Source: Prevotella phage Lak-A1. Taken from it: a stretch of 32,000 nucleotides of DNA. How positions within the stretch are numbered: the stretch's first letter is position 1; each line of letters opens with the position of its first letter. Location: sequence record MK250016.1. One strand, written 5' to 3'. Shown here one piece after another: positions 10,716-20,402 of the stretch. The translations under genes were made by a program, and so were the position numbers. The notes below the pieces were generated by a model. The model did no database searches, was not told the DNA's origin, and saw only the letters and a list, made by a program, of their open reading frames with translations.

Positions 10716-12527
10716 ATGAATGATAATTTAATAATACAAAAATTTATAACTGATAAAAATAAAATTAATTCCCATTATAAACAAATTATAAATAAGGATC
10801 AGGAAATAAAAGAATATTTAGATAATCGTTATAAAGATGGAAATAATGATTATTGTGAAACAATATATAGAATATAGTATAATATAGATAAACATCCAGT
10901 ATGTCCAAATTGTGGAAAATATGTTAAATTTACTTCAGGATATGGCTTTAGAGATTTTTGTTCTACAAGTTGTAGTAAAAATTACATAAAAGAAAGTTAT
11001 GATAATATTATTACAGATGATTTAATTAAAAATGATTATTTAATAGATAATAAAATAAACACAAATAAATTACAAATAAAATATATTAAAGAACATGGAT
11101 ATGAATCGTATTTATTAAATAGATATAATGATTCAGAGAATTTTGGTGAAGTTATTTACAGAATATGTAATAATATTGATAATATACCTAAATGTAAAGA
11201 ATGTGGTAAATCTGTTAGATTCTTAAATTTAATAAGTGGTTATGATGATGTATGTTCAGATCGTTGTAAAAGTATTTCATTATTACCAGAAATAACAGAT
11301 GATTATATTAAATCATTAGATAAGAAAGGTGGATTATTTAAATATACATGGTATGGACATGATAAAGTTGAGCAATATTTAAAGAATAAATTTAAAGATG
11401 AGTATAGATCATATGATGAAGCAATTTATATGATATTAATGAATATGCATAAAATTCCAAGATGTCCTGTATGTGGCAATTATGTTAAATTTGAAAAGAA
11501 TAGATATGAACATAAATTTATGAAATACTGTTCTATTGAATGTCAATCAATAGGAAGGCGAACAAAAACTATTAATAAAATTAAAAAATTAACAGGATTT
11601 AATATTGAATTAAAAAATGATAATCAATATAAATTTATTAATGTTTGTGATATTCATAAAGAATTTATTTTAACGCATGATTAGTTTCATAACAGATGTT
11701 CATCAACACGATATATGTATAGTGTATTATGTCCTATATGTAATCCTGAACGAAATCCTCAAACTTCCATAGAAACTATTATGAAGGATATATTAGATAA
11801 GTTAAATATTGAATATATACAACATGATAGGAATTTAATTGGTCCTAAAGAATTAGATTTTTATTTAAATAATTATAAAATAGCAATAGAATGTAATGGA
11901 ACATATTGGCATAGTTTATAGAAGAAAGATAAAGATTATCACATTAATAAATTTAATATATGTAGAGATAAAGAAATACAATTAATATCATTTTGGGAAT
12001 ATGATATTAAACATAATGAAAGTTTTATTACTAATATTTTAAAAATATATTCAAATAATATTGAACATAATTATACAGATAATTTTAATTATGAAATTAA
12101 ATGTATAGACAATAAGGAATATAAAAATTTTATTAATTTATATAGTTTACATAGGAATGATAAAAGAGTAAATTTAAAATTGGGATTATATATAGAAAAT
12201 AAGTTAATTTATACATTTGGTTTAAATGAAAATAAAACAAATATTCATATATTAAAAATTGTTTCAAGATTTAATTATTACATTAAAGATGTAGTAAAAT
12301 ACATTATTGACTATTTAGATACAGATAAAGACATTATTATTGATGTTAATAATGATATAGGTGATATTTATAATATAAAGAAATACTGTTGTTATTATAA
12401 AAATATAGATTCATATGAAGATTTTGTTATACGAAAAGATGATACAGCTTTAGCAAAAAAGAATGATAAATTTGTAGTAAGATGTTATAATTCAGGAATA
12501 ACTGAATTTAAAGTAAAACTTTTGTGA
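10716..12527 (+). CDS. Free-standing homing endonuclease-like protein, Vsr/EDxHD-type nuclease with three N-terminal treble-clef-like zinc fingers (603 aa; TAG=Q)
   Basis: Joined by TAG readthrough: CPNCGKYVKFTSGYGFRDFCSTSC, CKECGKSVRFLNLISGYDDVCSDRC, CPVCGNYVKFEKNRYEHKFMKYCSIEC; nuclease core SIETIMKDILDKLNIEYIQHDRNLIGPKELDFYLNNYKIAIECNGTYWHSL. Confidence 0.8.
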
Positions 12528-12570
12528 TTTAATTATCTATAATAATTAATAATAGATATAAGATAGAAAT

Positions 12571-12915
12571 ATGGATAGAGAAAAGGAGTGTAAGGAAATT
12601 ATAGGCAGGTATAGTCCAGATATTAACAAGAGTATAAATCATGTTTTGGAAAATATATATAATGCAGGTTGGCATGATGGCAGACATGCAGAACGTGATA
12701 AGTGGAGTAAATGTGAATATCTTATAATTGCACCTGATAAAATGGATAAAATTGCTAAGATATTGGATAATCCACCTTGTAAGAATTGCGAGTTTAGTAC
12801 AACAGAAAGATTAACGGGATGTTTAGCTGTTCCACAGAAGTGTGAAAAATATCAAGAATATTCTTTATTATGTGAATTAATAAAATATTTTAAAACATGT
12901 TCTTATAAATCATAA
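12571..12915 (+). CDS. Unknown 114-aa protein
   Basis: ORF MDREKECKEIIGRYSPDINKSINHVLENIYNAGWHDGRHAERDKW...CKNCEF...; intact ATG-TAA. Confidence 0.65.
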   Translation: MDREKECKEIIGRYSPDINKSINHVLENIYNAGWHDGRHAERDKWSKCEYLIIAPDKMDKIAKILDNPPCKNCEFSTTERLTGCLAVPQKCEKYQEYSLLCELIKYFKTCSYKS

Positions 12916-12981
12916 GACTTTATTTAGGAATTTGATTATAATATGTAGATAAACTAAAAATATATACATAATAACTATCAA

Positions 12982-13134
12982 ATGAAAACAAAAATGAAGC
13001 AGATTAATAAGATGGATAATTTCGTGAAGTTGCCATGGACTATCTATAAAGGATTTAGTGTAAATCCAAGTAAAAATGAAAATAATGCAGTTAACGAGAA
13101 GTTAAATGAAAATATACCAGGTATATGGTATTAA
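12982..13134 (+). CDS. Small protein, 50 aa
   Basis: MKTKMKQINKMDNFVKLPWTIYKGFSVNPSKNENNAVNEKLNENIPGIWY*, immediately upstream of a terminator. Confidence 0.45.
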   Translation: MKTKMKQINKMDNFVKLPWTIYKGFSVNPSKNENNAVNEKLNENIPGIWY

Positions 13135-13140
13135 TATATA

Positions 13141-13180
13141 AAAAGTCTGAATTATAAGTGTAATATAATTCAGACTTTTT
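13141..13180 (+). terminator. Rho-independent terminator
   Basis: 16-bp perfect inverted repeat AAAAGTCTGAATTATA / TATAATTCAGACTTTT and T-run. Confidence 0.88.
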
Positions 13181-13232
13181 ATTTTATTTATTTCGTAAAA
13201 TAAATATTGTAATAAATTATTTTAATTTAATT

Positions 13233-14852
13233 ATGAGTTAGAACTTATATGAAACATTAATAAATGGAATATCATATGCTGTATAGAAATCTTTAAATGA
13301 GATGGCAAGATTAGCAGTATAGAGAACAATTGATAAGAAATTATGGTTAAGTGTTGCATCAACATGTTCAAGAAATAAATCAACTGAAGCAGAGAATATT
13401 AGACCTATTGGTTCAGATAAAGAAAATTTATTGAATAGATATGTTGCTGCTCTTATAATTATGCGAAAACCGTGTCCAGAAACAGAGGATGATATTGATA
13501 CATTAAAGACATTTAAATTAGTTGCTAAACGTTATTTACAATTAGGCGGAACATTATAGGAAATATAGGATTTATACAATAAAAACACAGGTAAAACAAG
13601 AATTATACCACAAGGAACAGAAAAGAAACCTATATAGAAAAAAGAAGAATATACTGATAAATCAGTATCAACCGATAATATTGTTAAAAATGAACCAGCA
13701 TAGAAAGATTCATATGGTGGAATGGGATTATTTGACGATGATGACATATTTGGTGATGATACAGATGATATATCAAATTCAGAATTAACATAGAAGATTG
13801 TTGGTTTAGATATAAATGCAGATTTAACAACTGTTCTTATTCAACAATTAGGAAATAAACCAAGAGGTTGGAAATTTTATAAACATACAAATGATGAGTA
13901 TGAGAAATATATGACGATAGATTGTTCGCCTGATTATGAATGGAGATATAAGAAATATGTAAAAGACGTAATGAAAGTAATCAAACAAAAGAATTGGACA
14001 TGTTATTAGGTTACTACACCAACTAATTGGCAAATATCATCATTTAAAATAGAAAATCTTACAGATACTTTGGTTCGAGGTTAGATGCAAAAATATTTTG
14101 ATTTTTATAATAATAAGAAAGAACAAAACAAATAGAAATCACCAGAAGAGATTACCAAAATGATTGATGAACGAATGCAGGTTTATAGACAGTTTGTTAA
14201 AGATAGAAAAAAACAGGTTAATACTATAAATAATGATTATGTAAAGAAATTGTTTGAAGAAGATGAATCTGTATATAGAGTTTATTTATCACCTGATACC
14301 GGCGTAATGTTACTTGTTAAACGAGAAATGGAAGGAATGTCAGAAGATAGTTATAATTATATTTTAACATTTACTGGTAATGTAAATTATAATAATGATT
14401 TAAGAGATAAGGATTATAATAAGAAATTAAAAGAAAAGGCAAAAGTACAAGCAAAGAGAAAATAGACATTTTTAAAGATGTTACATAAGTATTGTGGTTT
14501 AGGTCCAAGTTTTAGTTATACTGTATTATTTGATGATGACAATTATCCATATATGGTTGAAACATGTAGATTAGGTAATGCAGAAGGTGTATATAGAATA
14601 TTATAGAAACGTTTTTATAATCATGGAGAATACTATTCATTATATGTACGGACACCTGAACATACAGAACCTGATTCTATTCATGAATTAGTTTAGAATA
14701 AAGAACATTATCATGTTGAATTAGTAAGATTTATATATGGTGAAAATAAAGGTAAATATCCGCAGGTTTTACCGGACGATAATTATTACATAATGTTTAA
14801 ACCTACTGAATAGGGTAAAGCACGAATAGATTATATGATTAATAATAAGTAA
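13233..14852 (+). CDS. Unknown 539-aa protein visible only with TAG=Q (about 15 TAG codons)
   Basis: Frame open from ATG 13233 to TAA 14852 with only TAG interruptions: MSQNLYETLINGISYAVQKSLNEMARLAVQRTIDKKLW...; track ORF 14160-14465 is an internal fragment in the same frame. Confidence 0.8.
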
Positions 14853-14864
14853 TTTAAATACATT

Positions 14865-14905
14865 AAATTGGTTAGTAACATCGAAATATTACTAACCAAT
14901 TTTTA
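14865..14905 (+). terminator. Rho-independent terminator
   Basis: 14-bp perfect inverted repeat AAATTGGTTAGTAA / TTACTAACCAATTT followed by TTTT. Confidence 0.85.
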
Positions 14906-14985
14906 ATTATATTTTATCTGATAGTGAAATAAATCAAATATATACAAAAATATTTGAAGACATATAGTAGATTTAAAAATATTTG

Positions 14986-14995
14986 TGTATCTTTG
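14986..14995 (+). promoter_or_regulatory. TGTATCTTTG promoter-like -7 element (Bacteroidota TAnnTTTG type)
   Basis: Exact motif 37 nt upstream of ATG 15033; same decamer at 17396, 21926, 23233. Confidence 0.6.
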
Positions 14996-15032
14996 AACAG
15001 ACAAATTAAAAGTATTTACATATAAAAACTAT

Positions 15033-15482
15033 ATGGAAAAAAATTATTGGGGATTAACACATCCGTTTACAACTGAAAGATGTGTGCAACGTCTCATAAC
15101 AGAATATAATAAACATAAGAATTTGATCATCGCATTTGATTTTGACAATACTGTATTTGATTATCATAAAGAAGGAAATCAATATGAATATGATGATGTT
15201 ATTGACTTACTTAAATACTGTTATGATTTAGGTATGACACTTGTATTGTATACATGTGAAGAAAATATAGATAAGATAAAATGGAAAATAAATTGGTGTA
15301 AAGAATATATGGGATTTACACCACATTATGTAAATAAATCACCTGTATTGAAACAATCTTATAAGAATGGTAAAATATATTATAACATTCTTTTAGATGA
15401 CCGTGCGGGATTATTTGAAGCATATTCTATATTAATTGATGTTGTTTCTTATATAGAAAAAGATAAAGGTTTAATTAAATAA
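15033..15482 (+). CDS. HAD-like hydrolase/phosphatase, 149 aa
   Basis: LIIAFDFDNTVFDYH (HAD motif I), LVLYTCEEN, YYNILLDDRAGLFEAY (motif IV-like). Confidence 0.8.
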   Translation: MEKNYWGLTHPFTTERCVQRLITEYNKHKNLIIAFDFDNTVFDYHKEGNQYEYDDVIDLLKYCYDLGMTLVLYTCEENIDKIKWKINWCKEYMGFTPHYVNKSPVLKQSYKNGKIYYNILLDDRAGLFEAYSILIDVVSYIEKDKGLIK

Positions 15483-15493
15483 TTTAGAAAAGT

Positions 15494-16366
15494 ATGAAAA
15501 ATATTAATCTTCTTGATAGTTATAATTCAGAAGTGAAGTATGAACTTACTACATTTCCGGATGGTGAACCACATATTAAGTTCCTTGATGATATTGATCG
15601 AAAGGATTCTTATAATGTAGTATGTAGAATTACAAATCCTACAGAATTGTTTGTAGTTATGCAGGTTGGACATATTTTGAAGCGACAAGGCGTATTGTTT
15701 AATCTCACTATTTTGTATCTCATGTCTATGCGAATGGATAGAGTTATTAATTTCAATGAGGCATTTACATTGGAAATTGTTGCAAATATGATTAACAGTT
15801 TCGATGCTGAGCATGTGTACATTTTTGAAGCACATTCTGACCGTACATTTAAATTGATTAAGAATTCAGAACCTTATTATGCACTTAATATGAATAGTGA
15901 TTATAATAAGATGCGTGAAGATTTGTATGAATCTGAGAATTCTGTTATTTGTTATCCAGATCATGGAGCATATGAGCGTTACAGTAAGGATTTCTATCCT
16001 ACATCTGCATATCTTTGTATGAATAAGGTTCGAGACCTTGAGAATAAGGGTGTTATTAAGTCTATGGAAATTTCTGAAATTCATCTTCCATTTATGACTG
16101 AAGATGAAGTAAAGCAGATTACCATTATTGATGATTTGTGTGATGGTGGTGGCACTTTCTGTTGGGCTGCTAACATTCTTCGTGAACGATTTGGAAAGGA
16201 TGTAAAGCTTAATATTTTTATTAAGCATCTTGTAAATCCTGTAGGTCTTGAGAAACTTATCAATTCATTTGATAATGTTTATATTACAGATTCTTATAAG
16301 GATTGGGAATCTAAGGTAATTATTTTAAATGCTCAAGAGAAAGTACATATTATTCATTTAACATAA
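15494..16366 (+). CDS. prs: Ribose-phosphate pyrophosphokinase-like protein, 290 aa
   Basis: ELTTFPDGEPHIKF start, PRPP-loop ITIIDDLCDGGGTFCWAA; overall architecture of phage Prs-like proteins. Confidence 0.78.
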   Translation: MKNINLLDSYNSEVKYELTTFPDGEPHIKFLDDIDRKDSYNVVCRITNPTELFVVMQVGHILKRQGVLFNLTILYLMSMRMDRVINFNEAFTLEIVANMINSFDAEHVYIFEAHSDRTFKLIKNSEPYYALNMNSDYNKMREDLYESENSVICYPDHGAYERYSKDFYPTSAYLCMNKVRDLENKGVIKSMEISEIHLPFMTEDEVKQITIIDDLCDGGGTFCWAANILRERFGKDVKLNIFIKHLVNPVGLEKLINSFDNVYITDSYKDWESKVIILNAQEKVHIIHLT

Positions 16367-16378
16367 TTTAAATTTTAT

Positions 16379-16420
16379 AGTCTGAATAATTTTATTATAA
16401 AGTTGTTCAGACTTTTTTAT
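16379..16420 (+). terminator. Rho-independent terminator
   Basis: AGTCTGAATAA / TTGTTCAGACT stem (one wobble) followed by T-run. Confidence 0.75.
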
Positions 16421-16465
16421 TTTTTATTATATAACAATATATATATAACGAAAAAATTATTATAC

Positions 16466-17062
16466 ATGGAAAAGAATTTTAATAACGAAATTGATGAGAT
16501 GGATGATGTTTTGAATCCAGATGAAATAATTGATGATACTAGTTCAGATATTAATGAGGACGATATTGTCACAGATGAAGATGATAATGAATATGTATCA
16601 AAGGAGTATGCAGATAAACTTATTTCAGAATTGAAAACAGCAAAAGAAGATGCTGATACATGGAAGAATAAGTATATGTATGCATTATCTGATTTTGAAA
16701 CATATAAGAGAAATTCACAGAAGGATAAACAAAATACATTGAAATATGGTAATGAAAAAGTAATTAAGGATATTCTACCTATTATCGATGATTTTGATAG
16801 AGCATTTATGCATATGGATGCAGAAACAAAAGATGGTGTTATGCTTATCTATAAGAATTTTATTTCTGTATTAGAGAAACATGACGTTACTATTATTCCA
16901 GCAGAACCAGGTGATAAATTTAATGAGAATATTCATGAAGCAATTTCTGTGGTTCCTGCTATGGAAGATGAGCAGAAAGGTACAATTGCAGATTGTGTAA
17001 CAAAGGGATATATGTTACTTGATAAAGTTATCAGATATTCTAAAGTAATTGTATTTAATTAA
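16466..17062 (+). CDS. grpE: GrpE-like nucleotide exchange factor, 198 aa
   Basis: WKNKYMYALSDFETYKRNSQKDKQNTLKYGNEKVIKDILPIIDDFDRAF...PGDKFNENIHEAISVVPA...GTIADCVTKGYMLLDKVIRYSKVIV; ATG at 16466. Confidence 0.9.
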   Translation: MEKNFNNEIDEMDDVLNPDEIIDDTSSDINEDDIVTDEDDNEYVSKEYADKLISELKTAKEDADTWKNKYMYALSDFETYKRNSQKDKQNTLKYGNEKVIKDILPIIDDFDRAFMHMDAETKDGVMLIYKNFISVLEKHDVTIIPAEPGDKFNENIHEAISVVPAMEDEQKGTIADCVTKGYMLLDKVIRYSKVIVFN

Positions 17063-17307
17063 AATAGAATATCATCATTATAGTTATATGAAGTATTAAA
17101 TATATCATCAATATTTAATTGTTGAAATTGCTTCTACTATATACTCATATCAAAATCAAATCTATTTTCAGATTTATTATATTTTGCTATTGTTTTATCA
17201 AAATCAAATTGATTATCAGTATCAAATATTGATCTGAGTATATAGTTTTTACCATTATGACGTAATGTTTTAACAAATTCTCTATTAGTTGGATATTTTC
17301 TATTCAT
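17059..17307 (-). CDS. 82-aa protein on minus strand with two consecutive TAG=Q codons, absent from the ORF track
   Basis: Reverse complement: MNRKYPTNREFVKTLRHNGKNYILRSIFDTDNQFDFDKTIAKYNKSENRFDFDMSI-QQ-KQFQQLNIDDIFNTSYNYNDDILF*; stop overlaps grpE stop (convergent). Confidence 0.6.
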
Positions 17308-17395
17308 ATTAATTATATATTAATTATAATATATTTATTTTAATGTTAATGAATATTAAAATATATATGATTATTTTTATTATGGAAAATATATA

Positions 17396-17405
17396 TGTAT
17401 CTTTG
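17396..17405 (+). promoter_or_regulatory. TGTATCTTTG promoter-like element
   Basis: Exact decamer 30 nt upstream of ATG 17436. Confidence 0.6.
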
Positions 17406-17435
17406 TACTATAATTAAGATATAAAACATATAATT

Positions 17436-17966
17436 ATGGAAGAAAACGTAGTAAATACAGTTAATTGGTTTGATATTAAGGATGATGTAAAAATCATTAA
17501 GGAAGATAAAGTTTCAAAGCGTATTAAGTCACATAATGTGATAATGCATCATAAGAATGATGTTAATACGTTGGATGGCTCTATTAATGTAAATCATGCA
17601 ATTTGCAAGAAGGTTACTGCAAAGAATATTGAACCATTTGAAAGTATACTTGTATATAATCCAAATGATAAAGTAAAGTATCATTGTGATGGTGGTATGT
17701 TCAATGGTAAAACTATTTGTGTGAAATGCCGTTCTGATGCATATAATTTTGGAGGTAATTTTACATTTACAGAAGATGATTTATCTGCAGATATGATTGC
17801 TGTATATTACTATGATCCAGATTCTAATATTGGACATTGGTTCATTTGTGATAGAAGTCGTTTGAGAAAGAATAAGATGAGGAAGTCACAAAGTATTTAT
17901 ATTTGTCATCAGGATTATATTAAGGATCATGCTTGGTGTGAATATACAGTAACGTTTGATAGATAA
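17436..17966 (+). CDS. Unknown 176-aa protein, Cys/His rich
   Basis: Intact ORF MEENVVNTVNWFDIKDDVKII...CKKVTAKN...YHCDGGMFNGKTICVKCRSD...; preceded by promoter-like motif. Confidence 0.75.
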   Translation: MEENVVNTVNWFDIKDDVKIIKEDKVSKRIKSHNVIMHHKNDVNTLDGSINVNHAICKKVTAKNIEPFESILVYNPNDKVKYHCDGGMFNGKTICVKCRSDAYNFGGNFTFTEDDLSADMIAVYYYDPDSNIGHWFICDRSRLRKNKMRKSQSIYICHQDYIKDHAWCEYTVTFDR

Positions 17967-18062
17967 TTTAAATTTTTTGAAAAAAAGTTCTCAAAATTAC
18001 AGACTTTTGAAAAAAATTTAGATATATATAATATATAGTAAAATAAAATAAGTAAAGAGATT

Positions 18063-18191
18063 ATGAAAACTTTAAATATGACATATGGTATGCATCCTGT
18101 TTGTGGTATGGTTCACATGTTCCCATGTGGAGGCGGTCGACCTATGTCTATACTTGAGTGTTTAAAGTTTTCTTGTATGTTGCAATCATAA
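18063..18191 (+). CDS. Possible 42-aa Cys/Gly/Met-rich small protein
   Basis: MKTLNMTYGMHPVCGMVHMFPCGGGRPMSILECLKFSCMLQS* just upstream of a terminator. Confidence 0.4.
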   Translation: MKTLNMTYGMHPVCGMVHMFPCGGGRPMSILECLKFSCMLQS

Positions 18192-18219
18192 CCGGTTAAC
18201 TCAACATATATACAAATTT

Positions 18220-18265
18220 AACCTCAAGTAGAAAATTGATCAAAATTCTACTTGAGGTTTTTCTT
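18220..18265 (+). terminator. Rho-independent terminator
   Basis: 14-bp perfect inverted repeat AACCTCAAGTAGAA / TTCTACTTGAGGTT plus T-run. Confidence 0.85.
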
Positions 18266-18270
18266 TTTAT

Positions 18271-18344
18271 GGTCCGTCTGGTGTAATTGGTAACATGGCA
18301 GATTGTGGTTCTGCAGTACAGGGTTCGAGTCCCTAACGTGACCC
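18271..18344 (+). tRNA. tRNA-His (GTG)
   Basis: Anticodon arm GCAGA-TTGTGGT-TCTGC, T-arm AGGG-TTCGAGT-CCCT; acceptor GGTC/GACC + CGT/ACG pairs only with a bulged T. Confidence 0.7.
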
Positions 18345-18413
18345 AATTTATATTTTTAAGTAAACTATTGATATAGTTCTTAATATAATTATAAGAATAT
18401 TTTATATTAATAT

Positions 18414-19421
18414 ATGGAAATTAAATAGTTTACAGATGATACATTAAAACATGTATTTGACACATGTACATCAACAATGAATATATTGGAATTATTAGGT
18501 TATGAACCTTATAAAATAAGAGGATAGAAATGTAAAGAAATATTGAATATATATGCTAATTAGATTGGTGTCAATATAGAAGATTATAAATCAAATAATA
18601 TAAAATTTAGGAAATATAATGAATTACATCCTGTATGTAAAATATGTGGTAAAGACTTAACATATAAACAGTATAAAGATAAACAATCTTTTTGTTCATC
18701 ATCATGTGCAGCTATTTATAATAATTAGCATAGAACTATTTCTAAAAAACAAAAAAGTATATTTTCTAAAAAATAGAGTATACGTTCTAAAAATGTTTAT
18801 AAAGAAAAACCTAATTATGTATTAAATACGGAATTAATTAATCAAGGAAAAATATTAAATGATAAAAATATTCCATATAAAGAACATTATATGGATATAA
18901 CAAAATTAGGTGTACATATATGTCAAATATGTGGAAACGAATTTATACCATCTATTACATTAAAAGGTGATATATCAAAAGCTACAACATGTTCAGAAGA
19001 ATGCCATAAAATTTTAGCAAGCAAACGTTCAAAACAAACTGTATAGCGTCTTATTAAAGAAGGCAGACATAGTGGCTGGGCATCTAGAAAAATTACAAGT
19101 TATCCAGAAAAATTTTGGATTAATGTATTAAATAATAATCATATAAATTTTATACGTGAATTTAAAGTAAAACAAATTTCAGGTTATTGTTATTTTTTGG
19201 ATTTTTTGATAGAACACAATGAACATAAAATTGATTTAGAAATAGATGGACAACAACATAAGTATAGAAAAGAACATGATAAAGAACGAGATGAATATTT
19301 ATCATCATTAAATTATTTAATATATAGAATTGATTGGAATAATATAAATACAGAAAATGGAAAATTATTAATGAAAGAAAAAATTGATAATTTTTTAAAT
19401 TGGTTTAATAATTTGGAGTAA
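18414..19421 (+). CDS. Homing endonuclease-like protein inside tRNA cluster (335 aa; TAG=Q), Vsr/restriction-like C-terminal nuclease
   Basis: With TAG=Q from ATG 18414: MEIKQFTDDTLKHVFDTC...HPVCKICGKDLTYKQYKDKQSFCSSSCA...ICQICGNEFIPSITLKGDISKATTCSEEC...YCYFLDFLIEHNEHKIDLEIDGQQHKYRKEHDKERDEYLSSLNYLIYRIDWNNI. Confidence 0.78.
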
Positions 19422-19436
19422 AATTATTAAATTTAC

Positions 19437-19509
19437 GGGTAGTAGTTCAATTGGTAGAATGCTAGTTTTGGGAACTAGTGGTTGTAGGATCGTGCCCTAT
19501 CTACCCGAC
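19437..19509 (+). tRNA. tRNA-Pro (TGG)
   Basis: Acceptor CGGGTAG/CTACCCG; anticodon arm CTAGT-TTTGGGA-ACTAG; T-arm GTAGG-ATCGTGC-CCTAT. Confidence 0.85.
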
Positions 19510-19626
19510 GGAATCGATAAATCTGATATTATCCTTACGTAATTAATCAGATTTAAAACTTTAGATAGTAAGGTATCTATATAATGGAAGTTCACGCCTA
19601 AGGGAAGATTTATACATTATAATTTT

Positions 19627-19701
19627 ACTCTGTTAGCTCAATTGGATTAGAGTAATTCGCTACGAACGAATAGGTTAGGAGTTCGATTCTCTTACAGAGT
19701 A
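19627..19701 (+). tRNA. tRNA-Arg (ACG)
   Basis: Acceptor ACTCTGT/ACAGAGT; D-arm GCTC/GAGT; anticodon arm ATTCG-CTACGAA-CGAAT; T-loop TTCGATT. Confidence 0.88.
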
Positions 19702-19708
19702 CAAATAT

Positions 19709-19781
19709 ATCTCTATAGTTTAAGTGAATAAAATAGGATTTTCCTAAATTCCAGTTACTGGTTTGATTCCAGTTAGAGATA
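19709..19781 (+). tRNA. tRNA, probable Arg (CCT)
   Basis: Acceptor ATCTCTA/TAGAGAT; T-arm ACTGG-TTTGATT-CCAGT; anticodon arm GGATT-TTCCTAA-ATTCC with one mismatch. Confidence 0.7.
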
Positions 19782-20331
19782 CATTAATTATTTTGATAAA
19801 AAATAAGAGAAATATATAGACTTTTATTTGATTTCAACATATACATTATGTTAATTGGATGAACAGTTAATAATTAATAATTAATAATAAAAATACTATT
19901 AAAATGTGGGGTTTTGAGTGCCCATCATTTAAAGAGTTTCGAGAAGAAGACATTGTATGTAAAAGCATTAAGTTTCATTTAGCTGATGAAATGTAGTCAA
20001 GCGTGATGGTATCGATGTACATGGGTCCATCCGTATAACTTCGAGGAATCATAAGCATTAATCTTGGAGAGTACAGTTTTTAGTCTGAAATGACGAATTT
20101 TCCTACTGGTTGCTCAATATGACATTAAGAGTCGGAGATAATTATTTGTAAGTTCCACAATTACAAGAGGAAAATGGAATTAAGTTGTCGGAATAACGTG
20201 ATTATTCTATGTGCGAGTAAGAAAATGAAAGTAGCATTATATGTATGGTGTACGTATACATATAGAAACAAAGCAAATAATAACCCTTAGAGAATTTGCC
20301 GAGAAAAGGACATTAATAGTATTTATAATTT

Positions 20332-20402
20332 GCGGGTATAGCACAATGGTAGTGTTCCAGTCTTCCAAACTGGCAATGTCGGTTCGATTCCGATTACCCG
20401 CT
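20332..20402 (+). tRNA. tRNA-Gly (TCC)
   Basis: Acceptor GCGGGTA/TACCCGC; D-arm GCAC-AATGGTA-GTGT; anticodon arm CCAGT-CTTCCAA-ACTGG; T-loop TTCGATT. Confidence 0.9.

Noticed and set aside
19983-19989. CTGATGA reminiscent of a hammerhead ribozyme core
   Set aside because: Could not find the matching GAAA core segment and stems II/III at suitable spacing.
19904-20038. Possible 44-aa ORF MWGFECPSFKEFREEDIVCKSIKFHLADEMQSSVMVSMYMGPSV with one TAG
   Set aside because: Lies in the structured tRNA-cluster spacer with atypical composition; no supporting context, so not called.
19782-20331. tmRNA, RNase P RNA or group I intron in the long spacer
   Set aside because: None of the conserved core sequences that I could recall were found; no T-arm/CCA of tmRNA.
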